Sequence record: SRR2962707_5410
DNA length: 59,474 nucleotides
Direction: 5' to 3' (one strand)
Shown here: positions 1 through 8,238 of the stretch, piece by piece
Layout: the number at the start of each line of letters is the position of its first letter
How positions within the stretch are numbered: position 1 is the stretch's first letter
Notes under the pieces: generated by a model
What the model was told of the DNA's origin: nothing
Database searches by the model: none
Seen by the model: only the letters and a program-made list of their open reading frames with translations
Program-made: the position numbers and the translations under genes

Positions 1-295
1 CGACCCGTAGCTGCAAACCTGAGCGAAGGGTCATGCCAGAGCCCAACAAAAACGCAGAGCCCATGAGATAGGCACTATATTCCCAGCCAATACCCGTTCC
101 GTTTGGCAGACTAGGAATGTGACGGCTTAAACCAGCAAGTGCGGTATCGATTAATACGAGAAGTGTCAGCCCGACGATGCACAGCCCTGCAATCCAAGCG
201 CCTAGAAGTGAAACCGCATCTGCGGCCCTTTGCAGGGCCGCAGGCAGTCCGACGGTCTCTGGTTCGTCAGTCGATCCGTTGGAGTTTTCGTTCAT
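1..295 (-). CDS. dctQ: TRAP transporter small permease (DctQ), 3' end runs off window
   Basis: Manual translation from ATG at 295: MNENSNGSTDEPETVGLPAALQRAADAVSLLGAWIAGLCIVGLTLLVLID...WEYSAYLMGSAFLLGSGMTLRSGLQLRV; hydrophobic helices; directly downstream of a TRAP SBP. Confidence 0.8.
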   Translation of the reverse strand, partial: MNENSNGSTDEPETVGLPAALQRAADAVSLLGAWIAGLCIVGLTLLVLIDTALAGLSRHIPSLPNGTGIGWEYSAYLMGSAFLLGSGMTLRSGLQLRV

Positions 296-307
296 AGTCT
301 CTCAATC

Positions 308-1288
308 TTATTTAGAGGCGCGATAGGCTTCAACGATTGGGAGTGCAGCAGGTACACGCTCAAAAAAGTCTGCCTGAACTGTCGCAGCTTTTTTCGCAAT
401 GTCAGCCTTCAGCTCATCCGAAAGCGAAACCAAGGTCATGCCATTCTCGGACATCGTCTTGATGCTGTCCAGATCGCCCTGACGTGACACGTCCCAAAAG
501 CCCGGCTCAAGATCGGCTGCCACTTTTTCAATCGCTGCGCGGTCTTCTTCGGAAATCGAGTTCCAAACGTCCAGGTTGATGGTCACCGCGTTCGAACCCC
601 AAGTGTGGTTGGTTGGGTAGATGTAGTCCAGGAATTCCCAGAACTTGCCGTCAACACCAGAAGTCGCCGACGTCGCAACACCATCTACACGGCCAGACGC
701 CAGGGCAGGAAGAAGCTCACCCCAAGGCATAACAACACCAGCCATACCAATAGCCGTTACGATATCAACAGTGTTTTTGTCTGCACCACGAACCGGGATA
801 CCGCGGAACTCATCAATTTCGTCTACTTCAACCTTAAGGTAAACGTATTGAGCAGGCGACGGCACCATATACAGGATTTTTTGGTTGTAGCGTTCTGCGA
901 GCTTTTCAAACTCTGGACGCAGGAATTCGTGGTAATCTTTCAACTCGTCCATGGAGCTGACGAGGAAAGGCACACCTTCTGCACCGAAGAGCGGGTTCAA
1001 ACCGACCTGCTGGCTGATGTTGATGTCCGCCATGTCAACAAGACCGTCACGGACTGCGCCCAACTGATCCGGCCCTTTAAAGCCCAAAGACCCAGCGGCA
1101 TTTACTGTGATCGTCACTTCGCCGTCTGTGGCTGTGGCGACAGCATCGGCAAATACTTTGGCGTTCTCAACCTGGAAGTTTCCTTCCGGAAGAACGTCTG
1201 ACAGCCGCAGTTTGGTTTCGGCGACTGCGATGTTGGAAAGCGCAAGAACGGTGGCGGCTCCCAAAGCAATGGATTTCAAGATAGTCAT
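308..1288 (-). CDS. dctP: TRAP transporter substrate-binding protein (DctP family)
   Basis: Signal peptide (MTILKSIALGAATVLALSNIAVA); 'GAVRDGLVDMA', 'VRG', 'MPWGELLPALASGRVDG' DctP motifs. Confidence 0.9.
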   Translation of the reverse strand: MTILKSIALGAATVLALSNIAVAETKLRLSDVLPEGNFQVENAKVFADAVATATDGEVTITVNAAGSLGFKGPDQLGAVRDGLVDMADINISQQVGLNPLFGAEGVPFLVSSMDELKDYHEFLRPEFEKLAERYNQKILYMVPSPAQYVYLKVEVDEIDEFRGIPVRGADKNTVDIVTAIGMAGVVMPWGELLPALASGRVDGVATSATSGVDGKFWEFLDYIYPTNHTWGSNAVTINLDVWNSISEEDRAAIEKVAADLEPGFWDVSRQGDLDSIKTMSENGMTLVSLSDELKADIAKKAATVQADFFERVPAALPIVEAYRASK

Positions 1289-1402
1289 TTACACATTTCC
1301 CTGTGTGGTTGGTTTTTGCCTGCCGAAATTATGAGTCTGTTCGGCTGTGGCAGAGGTTGTCGGTCGTGGATTTCTTGTCCAAGCAAACCGTAGCGCGTCA
1401 TA

Positions 1403-1415
1403 TAGCTGCTGACTA
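1403..1415. promoter_or_regulatory. Candidate LysR T-N11-A box (TAG-N7-CTA) in the dctP/LysR divergent region
   Basis: TAGCTGCTGACTA, dyad-symmetric T-N11-A between divergent genes. Confidence 0.3.
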
Positions 1416-1529
1416 AGATCACTTCGATCTGACGTAATTGCGTTTGTATATGTTACTGTCCTATTGTTGACATGACCCAGGCACGGCCATAGCGCAGGTA
1501 CTGCCAACCAGAGCAAGAAGGGGACCGAA

Positions 1530-2435
1530 ATGGACATCAGACGGCTCAACGCATTTGTTAAGATTGTCGACATCGGTAGCATCACCCGTGCCTCAGCTGT
1601 TTTGCACATTGCACAACCAGCTCTAAGCCAACAGATTGCGGCACTTGAAACTCATTTCGGCAGACCTTTGTTGCTGCGCTCAAAACGCGGTGTGGTTCCT
1701 ACTGAAGCAGGCAAGGTTCTCTATCGTCATTGCCAGTTGATTTTGAAACAACTTGATCAAACCGAACTGGAAATTGCCAGCGCTTCCGAAGAAATATCCG
1801 GCGTGGTTTGTGTCGGCCTCGCGCCATTGGGGCTAGGTTCTTTGCTCGCAGCACAACTGATCCAAACCGTGCGGGAAGAGTACCCTGGCATCATTCTCTA
1901 TATAAATGAGAACGTAGGCGGCGGCGCCATGAGCGAACTGGTCATGACCGGGAAAATGGATGTCGCTTTGCTCTTTGATCCAGGAACGATCCCCAGCCTG
2001 TCGTTCAAAAGGATTTGCACAGAAGAGCTGCATTTTGTAACGGCCGATGCCGAACTTCTTGACGGCAAAACAGAGATCCCACTGGCCGAGGCGATTAAGA
2101 CGCCACTTCTTTTACCCAGCAAAATTCACACCATTCGTCAGGTGATCGACACAACCTTGGCCCGCGCTGGACTGACAACCCAACCAATCGCCCAGACTGA
2201 GTCCATTTCAGTAGTGGCAAACGCCATTGGTGAAGGTTTAGGCGCAGCCATCCTGCCGCAGTCCGCCGCGCGCGCTGTGCAACGCCGTGTGCCAGAGGCG
2301 CGCAGCGTGCGGATTCACAAGCCCAACATGAAAGTTAACATGTCGATCTGCGTATCTGCCCAGCTGCCGCTGTCCGAAGCGGCGTCCTTGGTGCAGGATC
2401 ATTTGACCCGGCTGGCAAAAGAACTGTCTACTTAA
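1530..2435 (+). CDS. LysR-family regulator, Nac/TcuR-like
   Basis: N-terminal HTH 'MDIRRLNAFVKIVDIGSITRASAVLHIAQPALSQQIAALE' closely resembling Nac; LysR substrate domain. Confidence 0.9.
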   Translation: MDIRRLNAFVKIVDIGSITRASAVLHIAQPALSQQIAALETHFGRPLLLRSKRGVVPTEAGKVLYRHCQLILKQLDQTELEIASASEEISGVVCVGLAPLGLGSLLAAQLIQTVREEYPGIILYINENVGGGAMSELVMTGKMDVALLFDPGTIPSLSFKRICTEELHFVTADAELLDGKTEIPLAEAIKTPLLLPSKIHTIRQVIDTTLARAGLTTQPIAQTESISVVANAIGEGLGAAILPQSAARAVQRRVPEARSVRIHKPNMKVNMSICVSAQLPLSEAASLVQDHLTRLAKELST

Positions 2436-2560
2436 CCAGGGCGATTGGTTGCGCTAGGTTCCAAGAATAGGCTTACCTGTCTTTTCGAGCGGCGCCACGG
2501 TATCACCGTGACGCGAGATTTCAGCCGCGAAACCATACAGTCACAGTTCAGATATCAAGC

Positions 2561-2590
2561 TTGTCCGCTGGAAGTTATCGATATCATATA
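2561..2590 (+). promoter_or_regulatory. Orphan GntR(LacI)-type operator with sigma70-like promoter architecture
   Basis: AAGTTATCGATATCATAT matches 17/18 of the site at 4680-4697, and has the same TTG(-35)-N18-CATAT spacing. Confidence 0.5.
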
Positions 2591-2608
2591 ATGGGTCCAA
2601 ACTGGTGG

Positions 2609-3643
2609 TTATCCATCAAACCGAATTTGGGTTTTGATAGCTGACCGTCTGTCGGACGCAATCTTAAACGCATCTTCTGCAGTCGCCAACGATACCTCGT
2701 GGGTGATCAAAGGCTTTACGTCAATCCGTCCCTGACACATCGCAGCAACTCCTGTCGCAAACTCTTCGTGAAAGCGAAATGAGCCGCGCAGGTCCAGCTC
2801 TTTTGCTGTGACCAACATCATCGGCAACGCCATATCACCGCCTAACCCAAGCTGAACGACGACACCCCGGGGGCGCATGGCCGCAATGGCCGGAGCAATA
2901 GCCGCTGCAACCCCGGTGCATTCCATCAAGACGTCAAACGTGCCTTTTCCGGCACTATAAGACGCCAAACCATCTGGATTCGTGCCGGTATTGATCGTCA
3001 CATCCGCGCCAACGCGCCGAGCCATATCCAGAGTAAAATCACTCAGGTCGGTGGCGACAATTTCAGAAGCCCCTGCGTGGCGAGCAGACAGGATCGCAAG
3101 CAGACCAATTGGGCCGCACCCGGTTACCAATACGCGTTTGCCCAGCATTTCTCCGGCGCGCCGGACCCCGTGCAATGTCACAGCCAAAGGTTCTGCCATG
3201 GCGGCCTCCCCAGCCGTCAGCCCGTTCGCGACCGCGCATTGCGATGCCTTGGCGACAATATCCTGGCGGAACGCCCCTTGAATATGCGGGAACGGCATCG
3301 CCGATCCATAGAACCGCATGTTTTCACAATGGTTCGGCACCCCGGCGTGGCAATAGTCACAGGCCCCACAAGGTCGGGATGGCGACAAGGCGACCAGATC
3401 TCCCTTGGCCAAACCCACAACATCAGGCGCATAATCAACCACGTGACCGGACACTTCGTGACCCAGGATCATCGGCTCCTTCAGCCGCACGGTGCCAAAT
3501 CCACCATGGTTGTAATAGTGAAGATCAGAACCGCAAACCCCGCCAACAGCGGTTTTGATCCGGACCTCACCTGCACCGAGCGTCTGTTCCGCGCAGTCTT
3601 CAATCCGAAGATCTTTTTCTGCATGTATTACAATAGCTTTCAT
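2609..3643 (-). CDS. idnD: L-idonate 5-dehydrogenase (zinc-dependent MDR)
   Basis: Start re-assigned to MKAIVIH (ATG 3643); 'GGVCGSDLHYY', 'GHE', structural Zn CxxCxxC...C, 'GSAMPFPHIQGAF', 'GSFRF' as in IdnD. Confidence 0.85.
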   Translation of the reverse strand: MKAIVIHAEKDLRIEDCAEQTLGAGEVRIKTAVGGVCGSDLHYYNHGGFGTVRLKEPMILGHEVSGHVVDYAPDVVGLAKGDLVALSPSRPCGACDYCHAGVPNHCENMRFYGSAMPFPHIQGAFRQDIVAKASQCAVANGLTAGEAAMAEPLAVTLHGVRRAGEMLGKRVLVTGCGPIGLLAILSARHAGASEIVATDLSDFTLDMARRVGADVTINTGTNPDGLASYSAGKGTFDVLMECTGVAAAIAPAIAAMRPRGVVVQLGLGGDMALPMMLVTAKELDLRGSFRFHEEFATGVAAMCQGRIDVKPLITHEVSLATAEDAFKIASDRRSAIKTQIRFDG

Positions 3644-3650
3644 ATCACCC

Positions 3651-4598
3651 TCACAGAACCGGAGAAAACAGATCAAGACCTGCAAAATGCCGGGCCAGAT
3701 TGTCCCGAACGAGTGCACCCATCGCTTTTCGGGTTTCGACTGTGCCCGAAGCCTGATGTGGTTGAAGCAGGATGTTTGGGAGTGTCTTGAAACGTGGATC
3801 AAGGGCTGGCTCGCCCTCAAAAACGTCCAATGCCGCGCCGCCTAACGTTCCCGCTTCCAACGCGGCGATCAAAGCCGCTTCGTCCACGTTTGACGCGCGG
3901 GAGACGTTAATCAAGACACCTTCTGAACCAAGCGCATCGAGAACGTCCTTGTTGACAATGTGACGTGTCTCGGCAGACGCAGCGGCCGCAACAAAGAAGA
4001 AGTCACAATTTCTTGCCAACTCTATCGGGGTTTCTTGAAAAGCCCAATCAGCGGCATAGTCTTTGGGCGCTACATCTGAATAGGAGATATCCATTCCAAA
4101 CCCAGCCAGACGTTTGGCAATTTCAAAACCAATCCGTCCCATACCAAGCACGCCCGCCCGGCGGCCCCAGACACGGCGATTAAGGGGTAAATTGCCTTGG
4201 CTTTCCCAGCTTCCACTCCGCACCCAAGCATCCGCATCAACAATCCGCCGGGATGAAGCCAACATCATTCCGACCGCCAGATCTGCGACGTCGCCGGAAA
4301 GGACATCGGGGGTATTTGTGACGCGGACATCTCGTTCACGACACGCATCCAGATCAACAGCATCATAGCCAACACCATAGACGGAAATAATTTCGAGATT
4401 GGGACAGGCTTCAATCACGGCCCGCGAAGCCCCAAGCTCTCCGCGTGTTGCAATGGCCTGAACCTCTTTCCCGCAGGCAGTCAGAAACGCCTCTTTGTCG
4501 GTCGCTTCAAAATACCGCCGAACATCATATGCCTGTTCAAGGGGCTCTTCATCCCACGCAGGATAGCCGCCCATTTGAAGAATTACTGGCTTAGTCAC
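3651..4598 (-). CDS. D-2-hydroxyacid dehydrogenase (2-ketogluconate/hydroxypyruvate reductase-like)
   Basis: GTG start at 4598 with AGGAG RBS; 'GVGYD', 'TNTPDVL', GMGRIG, 'INVSR', 'LDVFEGEP', 'QPHQAS'. Confidence 0.85.
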   Translation of the reverse strand: MTKPVILQMGGYPAWDEEPLEQAYDVRRYFEATDKEAFLTACGKEVQAIATRGELGASRAVIEACPNLEIISVYGVGYDAVDLDACRERDVRVTNTPDVLSGDVADLAVGMMLASSRRIVDADAWVRSGSWESQGNLPLNRRVWGRRAGVLGMGRIGFEIAKRLAGFGMDISYSDVAPKDYAADWAFQETPIELARNCDFFFVAAAASAETRHIVNKDVLDALGSEGVLINVSRASNVDEAALIAALEAGTLGGAALDVFEGEPALDPRFKTLPNILLQPHQASGTVETRKAMGALVRDNLARHFAGLDLFSPVL

Positions 4599-4668
4599 TT
4601 TGGTTGTCTCCTGAAATAGTAACCCAACCCAAGTCACCTTGACGCGGAATCTTGAACCGCAGTGACCC

Positions 4669-4698
4669 TTGACTTGGTTAAGTTATCGATAACATATG
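4669..4698 (+). promoter_or_regulatory. GntR(LacI) operator palindrome GTTATCGATAAC within the putative idnO promoter
   Basis: Perfect 12-bp palindrome at 4682-4693 resembling the E. coli GntR box (TGTTACCGGTAACA); TTGACT upstream; lies in the divergent intergenic region. Confidence 0.75.
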
Positions 4699-4739
4699 GA
4701 ATGAAAATTGCGTTGTCGACACCGAATTGGAGAATCCTC

Positions 4740-5531
4740 ATGACTGCATCGAATGACTACCTACAAAGCACCTTTGGCCTGAGTGGTCGCACCGCGCTGA
4801 TCACCGGCTCGTCGCAAGGTATTGGGTTTGCCTTAGCGCGCGGCTTGGCCAAAGCCGGTGCCGCAGTTGTTCTGAACGGGCGCAACAAAGACCGCTTGAC
4901 CGAAGCGCGCGCTGAGCTGCAACTGGAGGTCCCCGAGGCGCAGATTTCAGAACTTGCCTTCGACGTGACAGACCATGACGCCGCGCGCGCCGCAGTTGAT
5001 CAATTCGAAGCCGAAAGCGGCCCTATCCATATTCTGGTCAACAATGCGGGCATGCAGCACCGCTCTGCGCTCGAAGATTTTCCTGCTGATCGTTTTGATG
5101 CGCTGCTTCAGACCAATATCGCGTCCGTTTTCCACGTTGGTCAGGCCGTAGGCCGCCATATGATCAAGCGTCAGTCCGGCAAAATCATCAATATCTGCTC
5201 CGTCCAAACAGCCTTGGCCAGACCAAGCATTGCGCCTTACACAGCAACCAAGGGTGCGGTTGCCAATCTCACAAAAGGGATGGCAACCGATTGGGCCCGC
5301 CATGGCCTGCAATGCAACGCGATTGCGCCAGGCTATTTTGATACCCCGCTGAATGCCGCGCTTGTTGCCGATCCTGAGTTTACAACCTGGCTTGAAAAGC
5401 GCACACCCGCAGCGCGTTGGGGTAAAGTTGACGAACTTGTCGGCGCTTGCATTTTCTTGTCTTCGGAATCGTCCAGCTTTGTGAACGGTCATACGATCTT
5501 TGTTGACGGCGCGATCAGCGTTTCTCTCTGA
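4740..5531 (+). CDS. idnO: Gluconate 5-dehydrogenase (SDR)
   Basis: ATG 4740 after GGAGA; TGSSQGIG, NNAG, YTATK, 'MATDWARHGLQCNAIAPGYF', 'RTPAARWG'. Confidence 0.88.
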   Translation: MTASNDYLQSTFGLSGRTALITGSSQGIGFALARGLAKAGAAVVLNGRNKDRLTEARAELQLEVPEAQISELAFDVTDHDAARAAVDQFEAESGPIHILVNNAGMQHRSALEDFPADRFDALLQTNIASVFHVGQAVGRHMIKRQSGKIINICSVQTALARPSIAPYTATKGAVANLTKGMATDWARHGLQCNAIAPGYFDTPLNAALVADPEFTTWLEKRTPAARWGKVDELVGACIFLSSESSSFVNGHTIFVDGAISVSL

Positions 5532-5541
5532 CGCGATCGGT

Positions 5542-5627
5542 TTTAGAGGAGCGGAAAAGCTTCGCGCGTTTAAGATCAGTCGCCCACCGGCTGGACAAGA
5601 AACGCCTGAGAACCCCGCTCCTCTAAA
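5542..5627. repeat. 13-bp perfect inverted repeat flanking a 60-bp spacer (MITE/REP-like)
   Basis: TTTAGAGGAGCGG (5542-5554) and CCGCTCCTCTAAA (5615-5627). Confidence 0.5.
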
Positions 5628-5796
5628 GACTCCACCGGTTGAACCAGTTTCAGCACAGGCCTCCCTGATCTTGGGCTGTCCACACCTAAAGGGCCCAATT
5701 GAAACTGCCAAATCCCTTGTAGACCAGCTGGTGGGTCCTGCATAAAGCTTCACAACATGGCTGCGAGGCTAGGCCAAGACACGAGCACACAGGTTT

Positions 5797-6825
5797 ATGA
5801 GCAAAAACACCCCCTCGAAAACGCTGAAAATGACGGATATCGCCAAAGCTGTCGGCGTGTCGGCCATGACAGTCTCACGGGCATTTCGCGGTGAGTCTGG
5901 GATCGACCCAAGAACCCGCGCAGCCATTCTCAAAGCTGCTGAGAAAATGGGGTATGTCTTTGATGCCACTGCTGCCAATCTGCGCCAAAACCGGACCGGG
6001 TTTGTTGCGGTGACGGTCCCTTCGCTTAATAACGCGAATTTTGCAGAAACCGTCAGACAGCTTTCCGCCGGGCTTTCTAAAAAGAACATCCAAATTTTAC
6101 TGGCGAACACAGAATACGATGCGGATGAAGAAGAACGCCTCATCGAACAATTGCTGCGCCGCAAGCCAGAAGCCATTGTGTTGACCGGTGGACAGCATAC
6201 CAAGCGCACCCAACAAATGCTGACCGCCTCTCCTATTCCAGTGGTTGAAATGTGGGACCTCCCAGAGGCGCCCATTCAACATGTGGTTGGGTTTTCAAAT
6301 GCCCTTTCGGTGCGTGGTTTGGTCGATCACTTCGTGAATACGGGTTACTCGAAGATAGGTTTTCTTGGTGGCGAATCTGCAAAAGACCCTAGGGGCGTTC
6401 AACGTCGTGCTGGTTTCGTAGATGCTTTGACCGATCACGGATTAGACACCACCCGATTGGTTCCAACGGGCGTTGCTCCTGTTGGAATGGCCGAAGGCGT
6501 CGCAGCACTTGATCTTTTGATAGAGCGGTTTCCAGACACTCAGGCAGTCATCTGCGTCTCAGATCTGATCGCCTTTGGTGTCCTATCGCAGTGCCAGAGA
6601 CGGGGCCTTCATGTACCACATGACCTCGCCGTTGCCGGGTTTGGGAATTATGAAATTGGTCAGGTCTGTGTTCCGAGCCTGACCACAATCGATGTCCACG
6701 CAGGCACAATAGGTGCTAGAGCGGCTGAATTGATCCTCGATCTTTTGTCCACGGGTCCGACGACGCAAGACCCCATCAAGGTCGCCATCAAACCCGATCT
6801 TATTCTGCGCGAATCTTGCAGATAA
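5797..6825 (+). CDS. gntR: LacI-family regulator, GntR/IdnR-like
   Basis: HTH 'MTDIAKAVGVSAMTVSRAF'; 'PSLNNANF', 'PVVEMWDL', 'VGFSN', 'PSLTTI' as in gluconate repressors. Confidence 0.85.
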   Translation: MSKNTPSKTLKMTDIAKAVGVSAMTVSRAFRGESGIDPRTRAAILKAAEKMGYVFDATAANLRQNRTGFVAVTVPSLNNANFAETVRQLSAGLSKKNIQILLANTEYDADEEERLIEQLLRRKPEAIVLTGGQHTKRTQQMLTASPIPVVEMWDLPEAPIQHVVGFSNALSVRGLVDHFVNTGYSKIGFLGGESAKDPRGVQRRAGFVDALTDHGLDTTRLVPTGVAPVGMAEGVAALDLLIERFPDTQAVICVSDLIAFGVLSQCQRRGLHVPHDLAVAGFGNYEIGQVCVPSLTTIDVHAGTIGARAAELILDLLSTGPTTQDPIKVAIKPDLILRESCR

Positions 6826-6858
6826 AAAACGCCGCTTAAGACAGGACTTAAGCGGCGT
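6824..6858 (-). terminator. Intrinsic terminator between convergent gntR and aldolase
   Basis: Stem ACGCCGCTTAAG/CTTAAGCGGCGT; the A-run at 6824-6829 gives a U-tail on the minus strand. Confidence 0.7.
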
Positions 6859-6911
6859 AGACTGCCTTGTGCTTAGCGAACACATGACATTGGGAAGAAA
6901 GTTCAACCGAT

Positions 6912-7586
6912 TTAAAGGTCCGTGGTCAGGCCTTTGGCTTTCAGCACAGCCTCCAGATTGCAGACATCGATAATCGTGCGGCCAGATTTGTAGGCCTCGA
7001 TATAGCCTGCTTCGTCATCTTCGCGTTTCTGAGATTTTTCCGCGACCTCTGCGGCATCTTCCTTGCGGATCATCACCAGACCATCCGCATCACCACGGAT
7101 CACATCCCCCGGCCGGATCGTTTCACCACCAACGATAACATCGCCGTTGATCTGTCCAAGGGTTTCCTTGACCGTGCCTTTGATGCAGACGCTAAGCGAG
7201 AAAACTGGCAAGCCAAGTTTGATCAGTTCTGCGGTATCGCGCACGCCTGTATCTGTCACAACACCCGCGATGCCTTTTGCGACGCAGGCGTTTCCGAGAA
7301 CGTCACCAAAACTACCGGCTTCTTCGTATTCGCCTGCCGAAACAACAATCACGTCACCTGGCTGTGCAAAATGAATCGCCAGCTGAAGCATCAGGTTATC
7401 GCGGGGCGCGCAAACAACGGTGAACGCCGGGCCACACAAAGACATATCCCGGTCAATGGGCTTGATCCGTGAACTGAGTGCCCCCAAACGACCCTGAGCT
7501 TCGTGAATGGTTGCACTGCCGAATTTGGACAATGCGTCCACATCCTTGGCGGCCGCCCGATCGAATTTGGTGATAATATGGGGCAT
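6912..7586 (-). CDS. 4-hydroxy-4-methyl-2-oxoglutarate / 4-carboxy-4-hydroxy-2-oxoadipate aldolase (RraA/LigK family)
   Basis: 'ATIHEAQGR', 'CGPAFTV', 'DNLM', 'FGDVL', 'GVRD', 'PGDVIRGDADG'. Confidence 0.85.
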   Translation of the reverse strand: MPHIITKFDRAAAKDVDALSKFGSATIHEAQGRLGALSSRIKPIDRDMSLCGPAFTVVCAPRDNLMLQLAIHFAQPGDVIVVSAGEYEEAGSFGDVLGNACVAKGIAGVVTDTGVRDTAELIKLGLPVFSLSVCIKGTVKETLGQINGDVIVGGETIRPGDVIRGDADGLVMIRKEDAAEVAEKSQKREDDEAGYIEAYKSGRTIIDVCNLEAVLKAKGLTTDL

Positions 7587-7809
7587 GTCAGTCCTTCAAT
7601 TCGGATAAGTTTTGCGACCCGTCAAAGGGCCGCATTGGCAGCTAGAATAGAAGAACCCACCCCCCAAGGATAAGAACACCTGCGTCTGACGTGATCGGCT
7701 TTTGCAATGCCTGAAAATGCCGGTCATCTGAAACCGCTCTGACATCATTGCCTTCGCACAATGCTAAGTTTGAAGGCAGAAAAACATTCAAGCGGGGATC
7801 TGCTTTTTC

Positions 7810-8238
7810 ATGCCGATCGAAATCGACGACATAATTGCAAAAATGGAATGGGCCGCGCGGCGCGGTGTTTCAAAATATTCCTTTAGTTTTGCGGGTACGC
7901 GCATCCATATCAGCCGGGATGAAGCGCCCAACGCCCCATCTGTCGTCTCACCAGAAGTCGCACAAGACGCCCAATCTGAACCTGCCACCGCTGATGATAA
8001 GAACGACATTGTTTTTGCCCCGATGGCCGGAATTTGTCATTTGCGCGAAGAGAGCGGCAGCGCGCCCTTTGTATCTGTGGGCGACAAAATCCAAATTGGC
8101 CAGACACTCTGCATGATCGAAGCCATGAAAGTGATGAGTGCAGTCACGGCAACAGAGGCTGGAACGGTCGGCTTAATTCTTGTCGAAGACGGCTCATCGG
8201 TCGACGCGGGCACGGCCTTGGTAAAGGTATCCCCATGA
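7810..8238 (+). CDS. accB: Biotin carboxyl carrier protein
   Basis: Ala/Pro/acidic linker, then biotinyl domain with the 'IEAMKVM' biotinylation lysine. Confidence 0.88.
   Translation: MPIEIDDIIAKMEWAARRGVSKYSFSFAGTRIHISRDEAPNAPSVVSPEVAQDAQSEPATADDKNDIVFAPMAGICHLREESGSAPFVSVGDKIQIGQTLCMIEAMKVMSAVTATEAGTVGLILVEDGSSVDAGTALVKVSP

Noticed and set aside
1289-1609. 106-aa ORF upstream of dctP
   Set aside because: Overlaps the LysR start on the opposite strand and covers the divergent promoter; no motifs
2609-3820. Long N-terminal extensions in the ORF track (idnD, accC, greA, tsaC, ETF-QO and others)
   Set aside because: Upstream alternative starts overlap neighbouring genes or promoters; downstream starts with RBS and family-typical N-termini were chosen
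4947-5753. 268-aa minus-strand ORF overlapping idnO
   Set aside because: Mostly antisense to the SDR (a known antisense-ORF artefact); the unique part shows no protein motif
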